Below the pieces are notes generated by a model. It saw nothing but the letters and a program-made list of their open reading frames with translations. It was not told where the DNA came from and made no database searches. A stretch of DNA of 63,961 nucleotides, the filler included, from Vannella sp. (lineage: Eukaryota): the NCBI GenBank assembly GCA_023345925.1. It is 7 parts of 7 records of this genome, joined end to end, with 100 filler letters (N's around TTAATTAATTAA, not from the genome) between each part and the next. Parts side by side here need not be neighbours in the genome. Positions count along the whole stretch, not along the records: positions 9,669 to 18,686 come from JAJQQN010001231.1; positions 18,787 to 24,765 come from JAJQQN010001040.1; 5 more parts are not named here. One strand, given 5' to 3'. Shown here one piece after another: positions 11,098 to 22,779 of this stretch. The stretch's first letter is position 1. Each line of letters starts with the position of its first letter. Position numbers and translations under genes: made by a program.

Positions 11098-14000
11098 ATG
11101 GTGGTGGGTCATCGGCTCGTCGTGGGGGGTGGAGAGGTCCGCGTTTGGGCATTTGGGGAACTTGTGAAGGTGTTGCGGGTATCTGGAGATGTGGTTCAAG
11201 TGGGTTGGAGCCACTTTGATCAGGTTTACGTGACGATCCTTCACACCGAAGGCCTTGTTCTTCACAGTCTCCAGGGGCCACAGTGGTCTCTTTCGCTCCC
11301 ATGTCTGATGGACAGCTTCTGGCCACTCCCACAGGGTATCATCTTACAACGGAACGGACAAGTCCCGACTCTGGAAGAGACGCCTTTCCTCTTCAGCTTA
11401 CTTCAGTGCCTGGAGGAAGTGCACCCGCTCTCCTTCCTCAGTCAGGCACCCTCCCGTGTGGTATTACCTCCCTCTACTTCCCAGACAAGCTTTCTCAACA
11501 GGAGCTTCTCTTTCAATGAGTCTTTCAGCTTCCTGGGAGAGAACTTGGACGTTTCTGGGCTCTTTGAGCCCGAGGACTTTATCTGCGAGCCCGTACGCCT
11601 CATCTTCTCGTCCCAAGAGGTTCCTATTGTTGTTCTTGCGGATGAACGGGCCAAGAGCATCGGAATGTATGTGGCAAGAGAGAAGCACAACCCGCTTCAT
11701 CAATGTAGCTACGAAGCTGCACAGCAGTTTGCACAGCTTCGTGCACAGTATGAAGAGGAGAAGAGAAAGTGCCAGATGATGGAGAATCTCACCAACTCCC
11801 ACTTGGACGTGTCGTTTCAGTACGAGGAGCTAATGACCTCTTTCCTTGGCGATGAATCCTTTACTCTGGTTGATGCTGAAGCTCACATCAAGGCACAACT
11901 ATACTTGGAATGGATAGCAGACTTTCCTCACCCCGGGGGAAGCTGCAGCGAGGCATTCACGAGAGTGGACCGAAAAGGGCGGATTCTTTTGCACTTGCTC
12001 TTCTCTACCGCTCAGATTCTTCAAATCTACCAAGTGTCTGGTTGCTCGTCCAAGGGGTACAGCATTCGCTTCCTTTATCAGCTTGATTCAATACTGAGCG
12101 CCACCCCATTCATCAAGTCATGTTCAGGTAATCGCACTGACCTACTTGCGTTAGACAGTCAAGGGCAGCTCCTCTACTTCTGGGATCAAATCCCTATATT
12201 TAGGAGTGACCCTCGCGCGTTATCGCGAGGACAAAAGGGATCTCCTATTGCGTTAGAGGAAGCAGCTCATAACCAAGTCACTTTAACGTGGAGTGACAAG
12301 AGTCAGTCACAGGTCCGTTTGTGCTCATTCCCTTATTCTGATCTACTTGTGGATATATTTGATGTGCTGGAAAAGTCTTTGCCAAAAGCACTTGTGGAAC
12401 AGCTTGCAATTGACACCAAACAGTGGATCACTTCGGCTTCAATGGAGCCATTTCAAGAGAGCAACAGTCCTCCCCAAGATTTTAGAGCCTTCTGTAGTGT
12501 GCTCCTTGAAACCCTCCAGATCTCTCAGCCTCCTCCTGTGGAACAACCTCAGTCAGATTGGGAATTCCTTTTATCTTCTCGGCTTTACAAGGAACATCAA
12601 AAAGCTCATGGAAAACTCGCTATGACCTCTCTCAGTGACACTTTCGCACCGGACAGGAACTTAAGCTTCCATTCGACCACAAATACTTCCCAACTGGTTC
12701 AATATCTTGAGTCCCTTCACCGCACCTTGCACTTTCTCTTTAATTCTTTCCGTTTGAATGTTCTTTGCCATTTGAATGCCTTGTATCTCGCCCGTGACTT
12801 GCTTCTTCCTCTCAGTGAGAGACTCTCTCTCCACCTCCATTCGGCCTACTATGCCACTTTTCTTGGTGAGAAATCGAATTTTGTCATCCCAACCGATGAA
12901 GGTTTGCAATTCACTTTCTCTGATGGATATGATTCATCTGTTTTTGATATCTTCGAGCTGTTGGAAGGGACTCTGCTCTCCTCCGAGCCTCTCAATATCG
13001 GAAAAGAGGATTTGATCTTACTCGGTGCGAATCCCATTACAGTTCTTCGCCAAACCTGCAGGCTTTTTGATATCCTAAGAGGAGGAGATGGTCATCTGTT
13101 CGACCTGACACCAGAGGAAAAACTCACTCTTGAGGGACCGGAATTCTCTGGGGTTGTTAGTACACATGTTAACTCTTTGCAATCAACTGGTGCGACTTTC
13201 CCAATACTTGGCAAACAGGTTCAACAGAAGAAATCGGGAGTATCACGTGAAGGAGACACCTACGAGAGAGTCCTCTTGGCGATGGTGGACGAATCGATTT
13301 GCCAAACAACTCTGGATAACTTGGTTCTTGGCGTGGCACTCCCTCTAAGACAGGCAATTTATCATTGCCGCCAAAATCCTCCTTCTACATGGCCCAAAGA
13401 GGCATTTATTCTCCTTGGGCGAGACGATCTGGCGCTCTTCTGGGACTCAATACAAAGTATCGAACACGCCACGATAGAAGTACCACACCCCCTCCAAGAA
13501 GTTAGGCCCAGTCAAGACGAAGAACTTACTGAATTTTACCGCCGTCAGATAGAAGGGACAACGTGGACGGATTCCACTACACTCCTCCGATTCAGTCGAG
13601 ATAACCGATTACTTGAAGTTTCCCGTCTTCTATCTAGTTCTGATCCCCAACTGGTCGAGATTCCTGAGAGTACTGGCACCTCAGAGCATGAAATTCAATC
13701 ACTTCAGCAGCAGCAGTTGCACCGATTGGCCATTCGGACGATGGCACGGCCTGTTGGAAGAGGAATGTTCACACTTTCAACTGTTTCTATTAGCGGGACT
13801 GAAGTGGTCCCTCTTCCTGAAGTCCAATTGAGCGGGCGAATTCCGGACTCCAATAACTTTGTCAAGCTTGTAGGGGAAGAAGGGGCACCTTTGCCCGATG
13901 ATTTTGACTCCTGGGGCCAATTTCATAATGGAGTGGCTGCAGGACTACGTATCACTCCTAACAAGAAGCTGAAAGGGCATACTTGGATTATGTTTAACAA

Positions 14001-16068
14001 ACCAAAGGCTTCATCAGATGGCCATGCAGGCTTCCTCCTCGGTTTAGGCCTGCAAGGTTACCTTAAGTCACTCAAACTGCCAAAGATCATTCAGTACTTT
14101 AAAGAGAACCATCCCCTCACCCGCATTGGGATACTCTTAGGATTATCAGTCAATCAGCGTGGTTCCATGGATGTGAATGTGGCCAAACTACTCACCGTCC
14201 ATATCCCTGCGCTTTACCCACCGTCTTCCAGTGTAGTTGAGATTCCAGCTGACGTCCAAGTGGCTGCCATGGCAAGTGTTGGTTGGCTTTATCTTCAAAG
14301 TCAGCACCGAGGGATGACAGAAATGCTCTTAGAGCAAATCTGCTTCCCTCCTCTTGATGGAAAGGATCCGCGAAGAGAGTCCTCAACACTAGCAGCGGGA
14401 CTGTCTCTTGGATTGATCACTCTTGGTAAAGGACAGAATTGTCACGGCCTTGCTGACCTTCGCATTGCTGACCGATTGATAAGATATCTCACCGGCGGGG
14501 TGAATCCTCGTCAACCAGATAAGGAGTGTGACTTGGATGGTTCTGGACTCATCATTGAAGGGAGATCAATCAATGTGGATGTGACAGGTGCCGCTGCCAC
14601 TCTGGCATACGGAATGATGTTCTTACAAACCAACGATTCGAGTGCAGCTCAGCGATTAGTTATCCCACAGACTGTTTTCCTGTTGGAATGTGTTCGCCCA
14701 GACCACCTTCTTCTTCGCCAGCTCTGTCGAAGCTTAATTGAATGGGACTCTATTGCTCCCACACAGGAGTGGATGGATAGCCAGATACCTGATGTGATCC
14801 GTACAGGTGTCCTTGAGTCAAGTCGAGTGAGCTTTGAGGACTGCGAGACGCTTCATCATTGCTATATTCATCTCCTAGCAGCCAATTGCCTGGCAATCGG
14901 GCTCAAGTTTGCCGGGACGTTCTCCCAGCTTGCGTTCTCTCTGCTCTCTGAGCAGGTGGACCTTTTGAGAGGCTTCAAGTCAAAGAAGATACAAGGACTA
15001 TCCCTACTCAACCGACAGCTCACAGAAACATGCCTTGATACCGCAGTTATTAGCCTTTCGCTTGTGATGGCAGGAAGTGGCAATCTTCAGGTGATGACGC
15101 AGATTCGGCAGCTACTAGGGCGCCGGTTAGAGAACGAAGTGACTTATGGGCATCATTCAGCCCTTCACATGGCATTGGGCTTCCTTTTCTTGGGCGGGGG
15201 AAAGTACTCTTTGAAACGAGATTCAGTCGCAGTGGCTAGTTTATTAGTTTCTCTCTATCCCATGTTCCCTGCCTCTGTCAACGATAACAGGTACTATCTC
15301 CAAGCTCTCCGACACTTTTATGTGGTTGCCTGCACCCCTCGCTGCTTCGAGCTTCGGGACGTCGACACGAAAGCGCCCTGCCTTGCACCACTGAAAGTCA
15401 CAATGTTAGAGACTGCAGAGCACGCACGCTCTGTCATCCACATGGTGGCTCCTTGCCTCCTTCCAGAGTATCATCTTATCGAATCAATAACGGTGGACAG
15501 TCCTCGCTACTTGCAGACGACCTTGGATATGACATTGCCAGTCCACCAACAAATGCTCCATAACCGGACTCCCATCTACATCAAGCGGCGATTAGGTCAC
15601 CTCTCTTATGAAGATGACCCACAGGGAATGCGCAGTATCTTTGCGCGGGCCTTCCCAAAGACCTTCCAATCTCAACCCTCCGCTGAGACAGAGCGCCAAC
15701 TACAAGTCAGTAAGACCCAATTCATCCAGGCATTCAGCGGCGATGCCAAGATAATGGAGTTTGTGCAGAGATTCTGTTCCCACTCCAACTCTGTTTCCGC
15801 CCCAGCGGCAGAACATGCCGCCTTCTGCACTGCTGTAGTCTATCATTGTCTGGGGAATGGAATACCTGAGATGATTCTCTTCTACCTTCAACTGGCCCAA
15901 TGGCTCGATTCTCCTGGCGACATTCCGCCCGTTACAGTGAGCAACATCCGCCTTATTCTCTCCTTCACGCGCTCGCCTCTCTTCCACAACCTTCCAGCCA
16001 AAAGCCAAGTCCTTTTGGACACTTTCCTCGAAAGCCTCGAATCCCGCTGCGAGGTGCTCCTCTTCTAA
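11098..16068 (+). CDS. APC1: Anaphase-promoting complex subunit 1, apparently intronless
   Basis: WGQFHNGVAAGL, HAGFLLGLGLQG, PC repeats and DNRYYLQALRHFYV. The ORF is open from 11020, but ATG 11098 lies downstream of the AATAAA at 11052. Confidence 0.95.
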   Translation: MVVGHRLVVGGGEVRVWAFGELVKVLRVSGDVVQVGWSHFDQVYVTILHTEGLVLHSLQGPQWSLSLPCLMDSFWPLPQGIILQRNGQVPTLEETPFLFSLLQCLEEVHPLSFLSQAPSRVVLPPSTSQTSFLNRSFSFNESFSFLGENLDVSGLFEPEDFICEPVRLIFSSQEVPIVVLADERAKSIGMYVAREKHNPLHQCSYEAAQQFAQLRAQYEEEKRKCQMMENLTNSHLDVSFQYEELMTSFLGDESFTLVDAEAHIKAQLYLEWIADFPHPGGSCSEAFTRVDRKGRILLHLLFSTAQILQIYQVSGCSSKGYSIRFLYQLDSILSATPFIKSCSGNRTDLLALDSQGQLLYFWDQIPIFRSDPRALSRGQKGSPIALEEAAHNQVTLTWSDKSQSQVRLCSFPYSDLLVDIFDVLEKSLPKALVEQLAIDTKQWITSASMEPFQESNSPPQDFRAFCSVLLETLQISQPPPVEQPQSDWEFLLSSRLYKEHQKAHGKLAMTSLSDTFAPDRNLSFHSTTNTSQLVQYLESLHRTLHFLFNSFRLNVLCHLNALYLARDLLLPLSERLSLHLHSAYYATFLGEKSNFVIPTDEGLQFTFSDGYDSSVFDIFELLEGTLLSSEPLNIGKEDLILLGANPITVLRQTCRLFDILRGGDGHLFDLTPEEKLTLEGPEFSGVVSTHVNSLQSTGATFPILGKQVQQKKSGVSREGDTYERVLLAMVDESICQTTLDNLVLGVALPLRQAIYHCRQNPPSTWPKEAFILLGRDDLALFWDSIQSIEHATIEVPHPLQEVRPSQDEELTEFYRRQIEGTTWTDSTTLLRFSRDNRLLEVSRLLSSSDPQLVEIPESTGTSEHEIQSLQQQQLHRLAIRTMARPVGRGMFTLSTVSISGTEVVPLPEVQLSGRIPDSNNFVKLVGEEGAPLPDDFDSWGQFHNGVAAGLRITPNKKLKGHTWIMFNKPKASSDGHAGFLLGLGLQGYLKSLKLPKIIQYFKENHPLTRIGILLGLSVNQRGSMDVNVAKLLTVHIPALYPPSSSVVEIPADVQVAAMASVGWLYLQSQHRGMTEMLLEQICFPPLDGKDPRRESSTLAAGLSLGLITLGKGQNCHGLADLRIADRLIRYLTGGVNPRQPDKECDLDGSGLIIEGRSINVDVTGAAATLAYGMMFLQTNDSSAAQRLVIPQTVFLLECVRPDHLLLRQLCRSLIEWDSIAPTQEWMDSQIPDVIRTGVLESSRVSFEDCETLHHCYIHLLAANCLAIGLKFAGTFSQLAFSLLSEQVDLLRGFKSKKIQGLSLLNRQLTETCLDTAVISLSLVMAGSGNLQVMTQIRQLLGRRLENEVTYGHHSALHMALGFLFLGGGKYSLKRDSVAVASLLVSLYPMFPASVNDNRYYLQALRHFYVVACTPRCFELRDVDTKAPCLAPLKVTMLETAEHARSVIHMVAPCLLPEYHLIESITVDSPRYLQTTLDMTLPVHQQMLHNRTPIYIKRRLGHLSYEDDPQGMRSIFARAFPKTFQSQPSAETERQLQVSKTQFIQAFSGDAKIMEFVQRFCSHSNSVSAPAAEHAAFCTAVVYHCLGNGIPEMILFYLQLAQWLDSPGDIPPVTVSNIRLILSFTRSPLFHNLPAKSQVLLDTFLESLESRCEVLLF

Positions 16069-16280
16069 GGCCCTCCAAACACCCAATAACCACCACCATC
16101 TGCATGGATAAATGATTCCCTCCCTCATCAAGATAGTTCCCAGTTCCACCTTTCCCTCTCTTCCTTTCCCGCCCATTTCAAACTTCTCCTTTGTGACCAG
16201 AATTCATTCTAATCTTATTTTTAATGGATTTGGGGAAATCGATAATTGGGGGCTTATTGTGAGACCAACCAGAGGAGCAG

Positions 16281-18686
16281 ATGTTCTCTCGACCCAAACC
16301 GGTGTGTGGGGCTGGGTGACGGAATGGAAAGGGGGTCTGACAAGGCGGGTTAGAAGAGGAAGGCGGACGTGTCCTGCCCCTTCTGTGGCGATATCTTTGA
16401 GGACGTCACGGAGCATGTTTCGTCTTGTTCGGGTGTTGCTCCTCGACCTGGAGCGTCCTTGGTGTCACCAAGACCTACCAAACCCTCTGTGCCGTTTTCG
16501 CCTTCGGCAGTGCCTCCTCCTGGGTCCAGGGAGACTCTCAACCCCACTACGGCTCGGCCCAAACCCGGTGCCCGATCGCTCCCCATACCAGGAGACTCGA
16601 GCGGCACCCCAGCTCCTGGAGTAGTAAGTCCAAGGCGCCCTCTATCTCCTGGCCGTTGTCTACCAGCCACCCCTCAACATGGCGCCCAAACTTCAAGAAC
16701 GCCCACTTCTACGGCCGAGCCCTCCCGAGAGAAGAAGCCTCTGACTCTGGTCAAGTCATCTGGATCAATGCGAGGCCGTTCACCTGCAGCACAAGCTGGT
16801 CAGCCCAGGCCACAGCCCAAACCATCCACTTGGACTCCAGTTTCCACAAAGCCTTCCGGTGTCTCCCCACGTGGAGGGTTGGGTGGTCGTGGGAGACAAC
16901 CAGGACCTGCTGGAACGTTCCAGCGTGCTTCGACCGCCCGAGAGATGGGAGGGGAGCCTGTTCCAGCCCGGCAACCAGTCATTCCAGTGGTTTCAGTTCC
17001 TGTTGCGTATGAAGCTCCAGTGGAGCAGCCAAAAGAGAAGGAGCAGCCTACTGGCATCGCATTGTATGACTACGCGGCGGCCTCAGAGTCTGAGATCAGC
17101 CTAACCAAGGGGGAGCGAGTTCACCTCCTCGACTTGAGCGATCCTGAGTGGATCTATGTGAGAGGAAAACAAGGAGAAGGGTTTGCACCAGTGGCTTATA
17201 TAGAAAATGAGGATCAAAGTGACTGCAACGAACCTCTATCCCCCATTGCAACCTCTCCAACATCAAACTCGTCACCTACTAGCCCTGGCAACCACTCTGG
17301 ATCCTACATTGAAGCGTTAAAGAAGAAGCCAAGTGTACTAGGAGCACTGGGATTCAACAAGAAGAAGAAACCAGCCATTGAGTTCACCATTAGCCGAGCC
17401 GAGACTCCTCCCAATGTGCCATCCTCATCAGGAGGTGACGACAGCAGCAGTTCCGAGCAGTTACAAAGAGATTTGGGGAACGGAACAGCAAAGACTGAAA
17501 GCAAAGATCAGCGCACGAACATTGCAGAAGAAATCCTTTCCACAGAAACTCACTTTCTGGATGTAATTGAGAACATGATTAACCGCTACAGAGAGACCAT
17601 TCTCTTCCGTATGGAGCTCTTTGGTAGTTCCATCACCAAAGAGATGGTCATGGACATCTTTGGGAACCTGGAAATGATAATTCCCATTAACAAGCAACTT
17701 CAATCGGACTTGCAAACAGCTGTGGACCATTGGAATGAGCAATCTACGCTGGGAGATATCTTTATTCGTGTGGCTCCTTTCTTTCGCATGTACAATCAGT
17801 ATAGCACTCGCTATGACCATGCATTAACGACTCTCACCAAGTGTATGAAGAATGAAGAGTTCCTCGCACTTGTGGAAGAGATCGATACAACAACAAAATT
17901 GGGCTCAAGACTAGAGAGCCTCCTAATAGCTCCCATCCAACGGATTCCAAGATACAATCTCCTTTTGCAGGAGCTACGGAAAGCCACACCTGAAGGGCAT
18001 CCGGACTGCCAGCACCTGGACAAAGCCATTCCTGTGCTTCAAGACGTCGCCAACTATATTAATTCAAACATGTCTGCGGTAGAGAACCAAGAGAAACTTC
18101 TTTCCCTTTCCTTGGCCGGAGCGCAAAGTCTTCTGAAGCCTCATCGTGTCCTTCTCCATGAGGGAGTTCTCCCCACTACAGATAAGAAGAAAATGCATAT
18201 CTGGCTCTTCAATGATATCGTTGTTCAGCTTCCTGAAGGAGAAACAAAGAACAAAGAGAATCTGAATAAGCCAAAGTACCAATGGCCTCTCCACCTCGTA
18301 TGGTTAGGGGAGACCTGCGTTAAGAGTAAGACTCAAGCGTCCTATACCATCACAGGACCTACCAAATCCTACACACTTGTTGGACTAATTGAAGAAATAA
18401 CCGTTTGGGTGGAGAAGATTCACTCTGCCATCGTCCAGCACTTGGAATACCTTATGGTGACTCAAGACAAGTCTCTTGAACAAGAAAAGAAAGCACAAAT
18501 GACCTGGGGTAATCCAGCACGCTTTGGAAGCTTCTGCTTCCCCAACACTGCAAGTTATACTGGTTGGTGGAATCTGGGACTGTTTCAGGGCAGCGGGAAA
18601 CTCGACTACTTCGATAGTGTCTACGAAGGGACGTTTATTTCTTCTCTTAAAGAGGGAACAGGGTCGCTCCGCTACATCACCAGGGA
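16281..18686 (+). CDS. UBZ-like Zn finger / Pro-rich / SH3 / RhoGEF (DH) / PH / MORN protein, 3' truncated
   Basis: CPFC..EHVSSC; ALYDYAA..EISLTKGE..W..P; IAEEILSTE, LIAPIQRIPRYNLLL; YTGWWNLGLFQGSG. Intron 16302-16353. Confidence 0.9.
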
Positions 18687-18786
18687 NNNNNNNNNNNNNN
18701 NNNNNNNNNNNNNNNNNNNNNNNNNNNNNNTTAATTAATTAANNNNNNNNNNNNNNNNNNNNNNNNNNNNNNNNNNNNNNNNNNNN

Positions 18787-18863
<77 letters not shown>
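18787..18863. repeat. (ATAG)n microsatellite at contig edge
   Basis: Perfect tetranucleotide array; appears to lie in an intron of the adjacent minus-strand gene. Confidence 0.97.
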
Positions 18864-18866
<3 letters not shown>

Positions 18867-18871
18867 CTCAC

Positions 18872-19459
18872 TCTTGGCATCTTCCACTTTCAAGGCAATG
18901 AGTCTTGCCTCGGTGACGTGGATTGTGAAATTTCGTTCCAATACGTTCGCCAGTTCATCCAGCGAGTTGTAACTAAAAAGGAATTCCCCTGCAACCCCAA
19001 GGATGAGGACATTCCAGAGGGAACAAAGGATCTCACCTTTAACCGCTTCTAGTGCCGTCAATGCGAGTTGCTGGTTTTTCCTTTCTATTTCCGTTGTTCC
19101 TCCTTTGAGAAAGTGTTTGAAGTATGCCACAACCTCTGCCGCAGTAGAATCCTTGGACAGAGAGCTACCTCCTCCTCCTCCACCCCCACTTCGTGTACCC
19201 GCCGTTGTGTTGGGAGCCTCAACTTGACCCGTAGTAAGAATGTGCTGTAAATCTCATCGCACTCACCTGCAGCTCGGGAAATCCTTCCTCTTGGAATGGG
19301 TCTTTGTGAAGGTGGAATTGGGCGATCACCTTCATCCAGTCCCTGAAGCTGCCATGTGGGCCGTTTCCTGAAACAGATAGTAAGAACGCAGAATGCGAAA
19401 GAGCGCACTTGGCTTTTACCTTTTCTTTCCAGGAACTTCGTGGGCCGGTCTGAACCCAT
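18872..19459 (-). CDS. Hypothetical protein, 3' truncated; possible SAM-like helical domain
   Basis: Exons join through GT-AG introns: MGSDRPTKFLERK / KRPTWQLQ... / EAPNTT..AEVVAYFKHF..GEFLFSY. Confidence 0.45.
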
Positions 19460-19949
19460 TCAAAATCAGTGAGAGATTCCGTCAGCCTATCTGAGACTCA
19501 CACACGCCCCGCTCTTGGTTGAATGGTTCGATCAAGCCTGTTTCTGAGAGCCTTCGCCTTCATCCTTTGAAATTTGCTTTGACCCTTCATCGGCTTCCTT
19601 CACCGAACATTAGGAATTCATCCAGAGATGAAATGCAAAAACTCACTCCAGATGAGGTGTGGCCTTCTGTGGAAGCGGAACAAAAAATGGAAATTGTAAG
19701 AGAATATTCCATCCTTTCCGAGGAAATTCCTGGAATTTTGATTAATTTCTTTTTTTTAGCAGATCAAATTTTTTAAAAAATATTATTGGTAAAATGGTTA
19801 CCTTTCTAAATTTGGGTTCGAGGGAATGCATCCTTCCAGCAGTTCCCGTGGTGAGACCAGTTACCAGGTAGATGATCAACTCCAAGTATAACAGTGCCCT
19901 CAGAGCAAGGGTCAAGGCAAGTGTTACATCAGAAGTCCGCACATTAGTC

Positions 19950-21348
19950 AAAAGCTGTGGAGTCCGGAAGAAGAGGAGGTGTGATGAGGTATCACGACTA
20001 AAACATCGCAGATGATCTCAAGATAATAGCAAAAGCTAGTATTATTGAGCTGCATTCATTTGAAACTATTTCATGATCAGACAGGGATGGCATGGGGCTG
20101 TTAATGGGTTGGGGATGGCAAGCTGAATGTCTGTCTTGGGCCCTCATCCTGAACCATTGGGGGCTATTTTGAACCTGTAGAGGATAGAGGAGATCTTTTG
20201 TTGACTTCGTAACATCATGATTGAGCCTGGGCGATGTGTTTGGAGGAGAAAGGGCTATCTGGGTTCATGAGTCCATTTTAGGAAGGATTTCGAGCATTTC
20301 GCCCTTGATCCTTCGCTACCTGCAGCTCTTGATCACGCAAGATGATTTTGATTCAATTTGAAATCGGATCAATATGTATCACTAAGGACTCTCTTCGACC
20401 ACTAACCACTCACAACGAAAGAGTCTCAGTTTCCCCTTTCTCCGCATGCATTTGCCATTAATGACTCTTTGAGTGCTTATCTCCTTTGAATAATTATCTA
20501 ACACGCTGAAACTTCCTTTTAATGTGCTTTGAGCTGCTTCCATTGACATTCTCCTCATGACATCAGACACATTCCGAGAGTGGCCCAAAGAGGTCTCAAA
20601 CCCGGTCTGTGAAGGTTGCATGCCTCTGTAATGAGCTTGGATATCAAGAAGGATTTTTTTATACTTTTGACGGTCTTCAAGTCAACATAGTCCCCAGGGA
20701 GGTCCATCCCTAACCCAAACCCCAAATTTGAATCTTGCGCTTCAAAGACACCCACATCCAGATAAGACGCTCGATTGTGTTCATTTTGCCCTCAAATAAG
20801 GTCTCACTACTATTTAAATTCGATCAAGAAGCACTCAGGATGATGAAGACAGTTTCAGACACAATCGGTTCGGCAAAGGGGATTGCAACTACATCTCGAC
20901 CCATCTTTGATGAGAATAGGAGGGTCGTGACCCATCAGTTCAAATGCTGAATTGTTTTTTTACATGATCAGTACTCTTCAGCGAGGATCCACTGAACCTA
21001 CGATGAAACCGTTGAGAAAAAGGGAGAGCCTGACTTAGAGTTAAACTCAGTAACTACCTCCTCAGCGTGGCTGCGCAAAAAAAGCATTACTTTTCAAATC
21101 AGAGGTGATGTGGCGTGGAACCCTGCAAAAGCTACAGTCTCCCAATCTGTCCGTCGTGCTGGCCAAGTGTCGGAGAGCAGTTCCAAAATTTCCTCCTCTG
21201 TGTCAGGTTTTGCTGTGGTAAGGAGGCGAAGCCATTTCGGAAAGAAGTACTTGAGGAAGACAGTCCGTGGGCCTCAAACATGAGAGACGTGCAGAGAACT
21301 GATTCCTTCGGCTGATCGAGATGAGATTCCTTTTGGCTCTTTCTCCAT
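19950..21348 (-). pseudogene. Decayed coding sequence of unknown family
   Basis: A protein-like frame from ATG 21348 carries five in-frame TGA, then frameshifts. The downstream part looks CpG-poor by eye. The left boundary is uncertain. Confidence 0.55.
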
Positions 21349-21493
21349 AAATGGACAATTTAATCCTTTTTTTTTGAATACCGCGGTCTCGTCTGCTGTT
21401 GTTTACCCTGTCGACTCAGACATCAACAAAGATTCGGGGAGAATCTGGAGTCTTGGACGATCTTCAAGGGAGCTCCCACACAAAGAGCAAGGT

Positions 21494-22597
21494 TTAGAAA
21501 CGAGCGCTTTTCTGTTTGCAGCGGACAGGATGACGGGGAGAGGCCCTCAAAGGACAGATAGTAGGCAGTGACTGATTGTCAGTGGTGTTGAGGCCAAGAG
21601 TCCCATTGTAGTTGTATCCAAACACAAAAAGACTTCCTTTCTGTGAGAAAACGAGAGAGTGGTTCCCTCCTGCCGAAACATCGATAACCTCTTCTGGCAT
21701 TTGCAACAAAGTCGGTTGCAACTGATCCATATTCGAACCGTCGCCCAATTGCCCATCATAACCGTGTCCCCAAGTCCACACGCGCCCTTCTTCATCCAAA
21801 GCGATGGCGTGATGATTGCCACAGGATGCCATCGACATGCAAGGGATACGGTTGATGGGCAAGAACACCTTTTCGTCTCCAGAACGTCCCAACTGGCCTT
21901 CGTCGTTATCTCCTGCAGTGAACACAACACCTTCGGAGTCGATTAGAACGATTCCTTCGTAGAAGGCCCCCAAACTGCGTGATGGGCCTTCTGCACTTCC
22001 AAATGACTGCACAATGGTGGGCTCCTTGACCTCGTCAGTGTGTCCTAGCCCCAGTTGACCGCGACCATTCAACCCTAAAACCCAAAGTACGCCTTCGCTC
22101 GTTTCTCCAACGAGGAAAGAGCCTCCACAGGCTACTTTGGAGAGTATAGGGAAGCCTTTCACTTGACTTGGGACTGCAGAAGCCCACATGAGCTGCTGGT
22201 TGCTCGTCCAAACCCAAAGGGCGCCATCCATGTCCAAAGCTGCACTCAGGAAGGCGCTACAAGCAATCGTAGCCATGACTGGAAGACCTTCAATAGGTTG
22301 GAAGGTAGCTGAGGTAGAGGCAGAGCAGAAACGGCCAGCTTCCCACACGGAACCTTCTTCATCAAGCACGAGGGAGTGCTGCCGTCCCCATTCCACTTGG
22401 ACCGGCCTGGGACCATCCCAAGGAACGATCACTGGAACCAATTGATCCTCGCAATGACCCAGTCCAAGTTGACCTTGCTTGTTCCGCCCAAAGCCGACCA
22501 AAGAGCCCCCTTCCTCCAGGAGGAGGAGAGTGTGGTACCCGTGCGGCATAGAATGGCAACACTGCACTCCCTTCATCAACAAACCATCCAGTAGCAC
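21494..22597 (-). CDS. RCC1-repeat (beta-propeller) protein; true start uncertain, possibly ATG 22760
   Basis: Repeated CG..H.....G.V..WG.N..GQLG units. Confidence 0.92.
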   Translation of the reverse strand: MLLDGLLMKGVQCCHSMPHGYHTLLLLEEGGSLVGFGRNKQGQLGLGHCEDQLVPVIVPWDGPRPVQVEWGRQHSLVLDEEGSVWEAGRFCSASTSATFQPIEGLPVMATIACSAFLSAALDMDGALWVWTSNQQLMWASAVPSQVKGFPILSKVACGGSFLVGETSEGVLWVLGLNGRGQLGLGHTDEVKEPTIVQSFGSAEGPSRSLGAFYEGIVLIDSEGVVFTAGDNDEGQLGRSGDEKVFLPINRIPCMSMASCGNHHAIALDEEGRVWTWGHGYDGQLGDGSNMDQLQPTLLQMPEEVIDVSAGGNHSLVFSQKGSLFVFGYNYNGTLGLNTTDNQSLPTICPLRASPRHPVRCKQKSARF

Positions 22598-22779
22598 TAG
22601 TAAGCATCAGATAGGTCAAACCAACGCCACTGACTCCAAACGCGGACTTTCCAACTCTTTCGGTCCTGATACATGAGGAACTACCGCAACGGCCTTTGAA
22701 AGGAGGAGAGTAAACCAACATACGTCGTTTGGGGCCTAAGTGGGAGCGATTGGAGCTCATTTGGTGGTGAGAGGGAGGG

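Noticed and set aside
18735..18863. YLSI repeat protein
   Set aside because: It is a translation of an (ATAG)n microsatellite that follows a GTGAGT donor site.
20824..21348. TGA recoding or a multi-Sec selenoprotein
   Set aside because: Intact genes here end in TGA (MICU, PP2C-like, Rieske), the TGA contexts are not redox motifs, no SECIS was recognised, and frameshifts follow.
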